A model generated the notes under the pieces. The model worked only from the letters and a program-made list of their open reading frames with translations, ran no database searches and was not told the DNA's origin. Source: the human T2T-CHM13v2.0 reference genome, Homo sapiens. From it: a stretch of 64,000 nucleotides of DNA. The position numbers were made by a program, and so were the translations under genes. This document shows, in pieces, positions 59,542 through 64,000 of this stretch. The stretch lies in the NCBI RefSeq assembly GCF_009914755.1, contig NC_060926.1. One strand, written 5' to 3'. Numbering within the stretch: the stretch's first letter is position 1; the number at the start of each line of letters is the position of its first letter.

Positions 59542-62500
59542 TTCTAAGATGGCAGAATAGAAGAGGCTTTATTAACATTCCTCACCTACTTGGAAATGGC
59601 AAAAAGATGTATAGAGATTCACATTGTGAAGTTTTATCTAAGAAGAAACATGAGAGTTAAACATAAAGGCAAAATTTGAATATTGGGGAAAAAGCAGCAG
59701 ACAGCATCCCATGCAGCAGGGTCTGGTGGAAAATTGTGAGTGAATTCCCAGTGCATTAAAGGCCTGGTGAGTGTCTCCAGGATACATGTTTCCATTGGGG
59801 AACTAGACAGTCTAGCCCAGCGGGGAGCTTATAGACCCTATCAAGCCCCAGATCTGACTTGGGGACCAGTCAGGAATCTATGAGAAGAAATGGCGCTGGC
59901 AATTATCCCATGCATGCTCTCAGACCTGTGTGCCAACAGAAGAAAGTCATTCATGATCCCATCTCATAGAGGACTAAATAGAAACTTGCTAGTCAGCCCA
60001 GGGCAGCAGTCACTGGTTTGGAGAGTCCCAGGAAGGGAAGCTGTGATCTGGTCTCATGCAATGAAGAAGCCCTAATGACCAGAGCTGAGAGGCAAGCATG
60101 GCCTAAACTCCAGTCATGCACATGAGAACTGGGCATGCACCTTTTGCAGGACAGAACTGGGAGGGGTTAGTTAAAGAGGCATGGTTCTGACACCTGCGGC
60201 AAGTTTTGCAGCCTGGGACATTTTTATGATATGAAGGCAAACTGCACTTGCTTTGGCTAACTGTCCTGACATGCTTCCAGCATCAGCCTATGGGAGGAAG
60301 CTTCACCAGGTCAGGAGTATAAGAACAAAGTGGGTCCCTCTACTGCTTGCTAGCTGTGTAGCCTAAGCTGCCCCTCTTTCCCCATGCTGGGTTGCTGATA
60401 TGGCAGTGGTTGCTTCACTTCTCACTGGGGCATCTCACCAGGGGCCTTGGGCTGCCACCATTGGGGGCTTGTGTGCAGATTTACCTGGCCCAGCCCTCCC
60501 AGGCTGTGCCCCTAACTCCTCCCTGAAGGCAGAGCATGAATCCAGGATCACTAAGCATTTCATTGCCCAACCCATCACCAGGGATGCTTAAATACTTCAA
60601 CGGGTCAATTATAAACCTACTGCCACCACTGCAACTGGCTCCGATTAGCAAGCACCACCTACTGGTCTGGAGGTTGACCTTCACAGCTCATTACAATATC
60701 TGATGGCACAACTGCACAGCACTTGAGAATGAGGCAAGCTATGTGTGAGTTCTGTTACTACCATCACCCACACCACCTTTGCTGCTCAGGAAGCCTTGAA
60801 CCCACTGACCTACCAGGCATATTGCTTCTACAACTGGCATTTGAGAAAGCCACTACAGTAAGGCTGTTTATAGCCAAGGCAATCATACAGAGTCTACACC
60901 GCTGAGTCTACCCAGAAACAAAGCCAAATATCCCAACTCTACATACATTATATTCACATCCTCAAGAAGAAAAATGTCTGGTTCCAACAAAAGTAAATTT
61001 AAAAATAAGAAGTGATGATTTCTCCAGATGCAAAGAAATCAGCATAATAATATTGGAATTAGAAAAGACAAGGTCTTGTGACACCACCAAAGCAACATAG
61101 TAACTCTCTAAGAATTGAATTTTACCAAAATGAAATTTTCAAAATTCCAGATATAGAGCCTAAAATATTGCTTTTAAAGAAGTTCAATGAGATCCATGAG
61201 AAATCTAAAAATCAATACAAATAAATCAGAAAATAAATTAAGGATATGAATTAGAATTTTACCAAGGAGATAGATATTTTTAAAAGAAAAACAACAACCA
61301 TTACTCAGAGTAATAAAAAAAATCATTGAAAGCATTACAACATTAATTGAAAGGTCAATAATAGACCAGACCAAGCAGAATAGAGAATCTCAGAAAATGA
61401 ATACAGGTCTTCTGAAGTAATCCAGTCAGAAAATAAATACAAAACAGATTTAAAAGAATAAGCAAAGCTTTAGAGAAGTATGGGACTACATAAAGTGTTC
61501 AAACTTACAAGCCACCAAGAAGTGTGAAAAACCTATTTAAGGAAATACTTGATGAAAACATTTCTACTCTTGAAAGAGATTTAGACATTCAGATACAAAA
61601 GCCCAGATGAGTGCCAAGATGTACGTTGCAAGATGGATTTCACAATGACTTATAGTGATTAGGCTGTCTTCAGTGAACGTGAAGGAAAAAAAAATCCTAA
61701 AATTAGCTATAGAAATGCATCTAGTCACCTATAAAGGAAACCCTATCAGATAAATCAGGAAAGATTGGTAGACTATTTTCATAGTTTTTAAATACAAAAA
61801 CTCTCCACCACCAGTTTAATATCCTATCAGAATAAGCTTCATAAATGAAGGAGAAATAAAGTCTTTCCCAGGCAAATAAACTCTGAGAGAATTAACCACC
61901 TCTAGACTGCCTCTACAAGAAATGCTAAAAGGAGTTCTAAACAAGGAAACAAAAGGTTTGTATTACCCACCTCATCTTGGCTACTCAAGAACCCTTGAGC
62001 CCACTGATCCACCAGGCACATTGTTACTATAACCAAAAAAAATACACAAAGGAATAAAAGTCACAGGTTTTATAAAGCAATTACACAAAGAAGAAGGATA
62101 AAGAAATTAAATGACAACATGACAGAACTCTACCAAACTAGAAATAAAATAGGGAAATAAACAAAGAATTTACAAAATAACTAGATAATTAACATTATGA
62201 CAGGAATAAAACCTCATGTATCAATATTAACCTTGAAGGTAAATAGATTAAATGCTCCATTTTAAAAAAAAAGATATAAATTGGCAGAAGGGATTTTTTA
62301 AAAATTGATCAAACAGTATGCTGCTTACAAGACACTCACCTTACTGGGAAAGACACTTATAGACTGAAGGTAAAGAAATGGAAAAACATATTTCACCCAA
62401 ACAGAATCAGAAGTGAGCAAAAGTAACTATACTTACGTCAGATGAACAGACTTTAAATAGAAAATAGTAAAAAAAAAGAAGGTTATTATATAATGATAAA

Positions 62501-64000
62501 GGGATCAATTCAATAGAGGCTGTAACAATCCTAAATATATAGGTACCCAACAGTGGACCACCAAGATTTATAAAACAAATATTACAAGACCTACAGAAGG
62601 AGATTATAATAAAATGACAGTTGAGGACTTCAACACTCTACTCACAGCACTAGACAGATCATCAAAATAGAAAATCAACAAAGAAACACTGAAATTATAT
62701 TGAACTTTAGATGAAATAGATGTAACAGATACAGAACATTCTATTTAACAACTGCAGAATATACACCCTTCTCATCAATACATGGAGCATTATCCAAGAC
62801 AGATCTTATGTTAGGCCATAAAATAAGTCTTAATACATTTTTAAAATTGAAATCATATCAAGTATCTTGTCTTACCACAACAAATAAAACTAGAATCAAT
62901 CTCAAGAGAAACTCTCAAAACTATACAAACACGTGGAAATTCAACAACATGTTCCTGAAGAATCTTTGAGTTAATGATGATATTAAGATGGAAATTTAAG
63001 AAACGTTTAAAACACATCAAAAGGAAGACACAAAAAAAAACCTCTTGGGTATAGCAAAACCTGGACTAAAAAGTAATTTTATAGTGTTAACTGCTTACAT
63101 CAAAAACAGATAAAGATTACAAATTAACAACCTAATGTGATACTTCAAGGAATTAGGATAAGAAGAACAAATCAAACCCAAAGCTAGCAGAAGAAAAAAA
63201 AAATAACAAAGATCAAAGCAGAACTAAATGTGATTGAGACAAAAAAATACAAAGAATTGGCAAAATGAAAAATTGGTTCCCTGAAAAAATAAACAAATTG
63301 ATAAACCACTAGCTAGACTGACCAAGAAAAAGGGAGGGATGAAAATAAACATTATCAGAAATGAAAAAGAAGGTATTAAATGTGATACCACAAAAATGAA
63401 AAGATTGTCAGATACTACTATGAAAATCTATGTGCTCACACACTGGAAAACCTAGAGGAAATGGATAAATTTATGGAAAAATAGAATATCTTGAGATTTA
63501 ACCAGGAAGAAATTAAAATTCTGAACAGACAGTAACAAGTAGTGTTATTGGATCAGTAGTAAAAACAATCTCCCTAAAACAACAAAAAAGCCTAGGATCA
63601 GATGAATTCACTGTCACATTCCACAAAACTTACAAAGAAGAACTGGTACCAATCCTCCTGAAACAACTCTTCCAAAAAATCAAGGGTAAGGGAATGTTTC
63701 CTAAGTCATTCTATGAAGCCAGTATCAACTTGATAGCAGAGCCAAAGACAGAATAACAGTAAAAAATATTTCAGACCAATATTCCTGATAAACATAGATG
63801 CAAACATTCTCAACAAAATACTAGCAAACGGAATCCAATAGCATATCGAAAGGATAATAGGCCATGAACAAGAGGGTTTTATTGTATGGATGCAAGGATG
63901 GTTCAAAATATAAAATTAATAAATGTGATTCATCACATAAACAGAATTAGGTTCAAAACCATATTATTGTCTATTTCAATAGATGCAGAACAAATTTTTT
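59542..64000 (+). mobile_element. Old L1 (L1PB/L1MA-type) with 5'UTR, decayed ORF1 (about 61000-61950) and decayed ORF2 (from 62197), running off the window
   Basis: 5' end ttctaagatggcagaatag; ORF2 start translates MTGIKPHVSILTLKVNRLNAP; RT-region motifs such as agaccaatattcctgataaacatagatgcaaa; many stops and frameshifts. Confidence 0.9.

Overview
AT-rich primate (human or great-ape-like) non-coding DNA, either intergenic or deep intronic, dominated by interspersed repeats. It contains about 12 Alu/FLAM copies, including a near-consensus AluYc1-type insertion. L1 segments of several ages are present, including an old plus-strand L1 with 5'UTR, ORF1 and ORF2 remnants that runs off the window end. 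There is a two-LTR THE1 (MaLR) element, solo LTRs (LTR12, MER66-like, MER57, MSTA, MLT2, LTR47-like), DNA transposon fossils (Tigger2a, MER1B) and several microsatellites. I could not support any protein-coding gene, RNA gene or CRISPR array: the listed ORFs are Alu/L1/LTR-derived or random. I found no convincing undescribed biological system. The best leads are the young Alu, a (GGAA)19 tract, LTR promoter motifs, and a 5'UTR-derived duplication inside the old L1. Repeat family names come from remembered consensus sequences and need RepeatMasker/Dfam confirmation.
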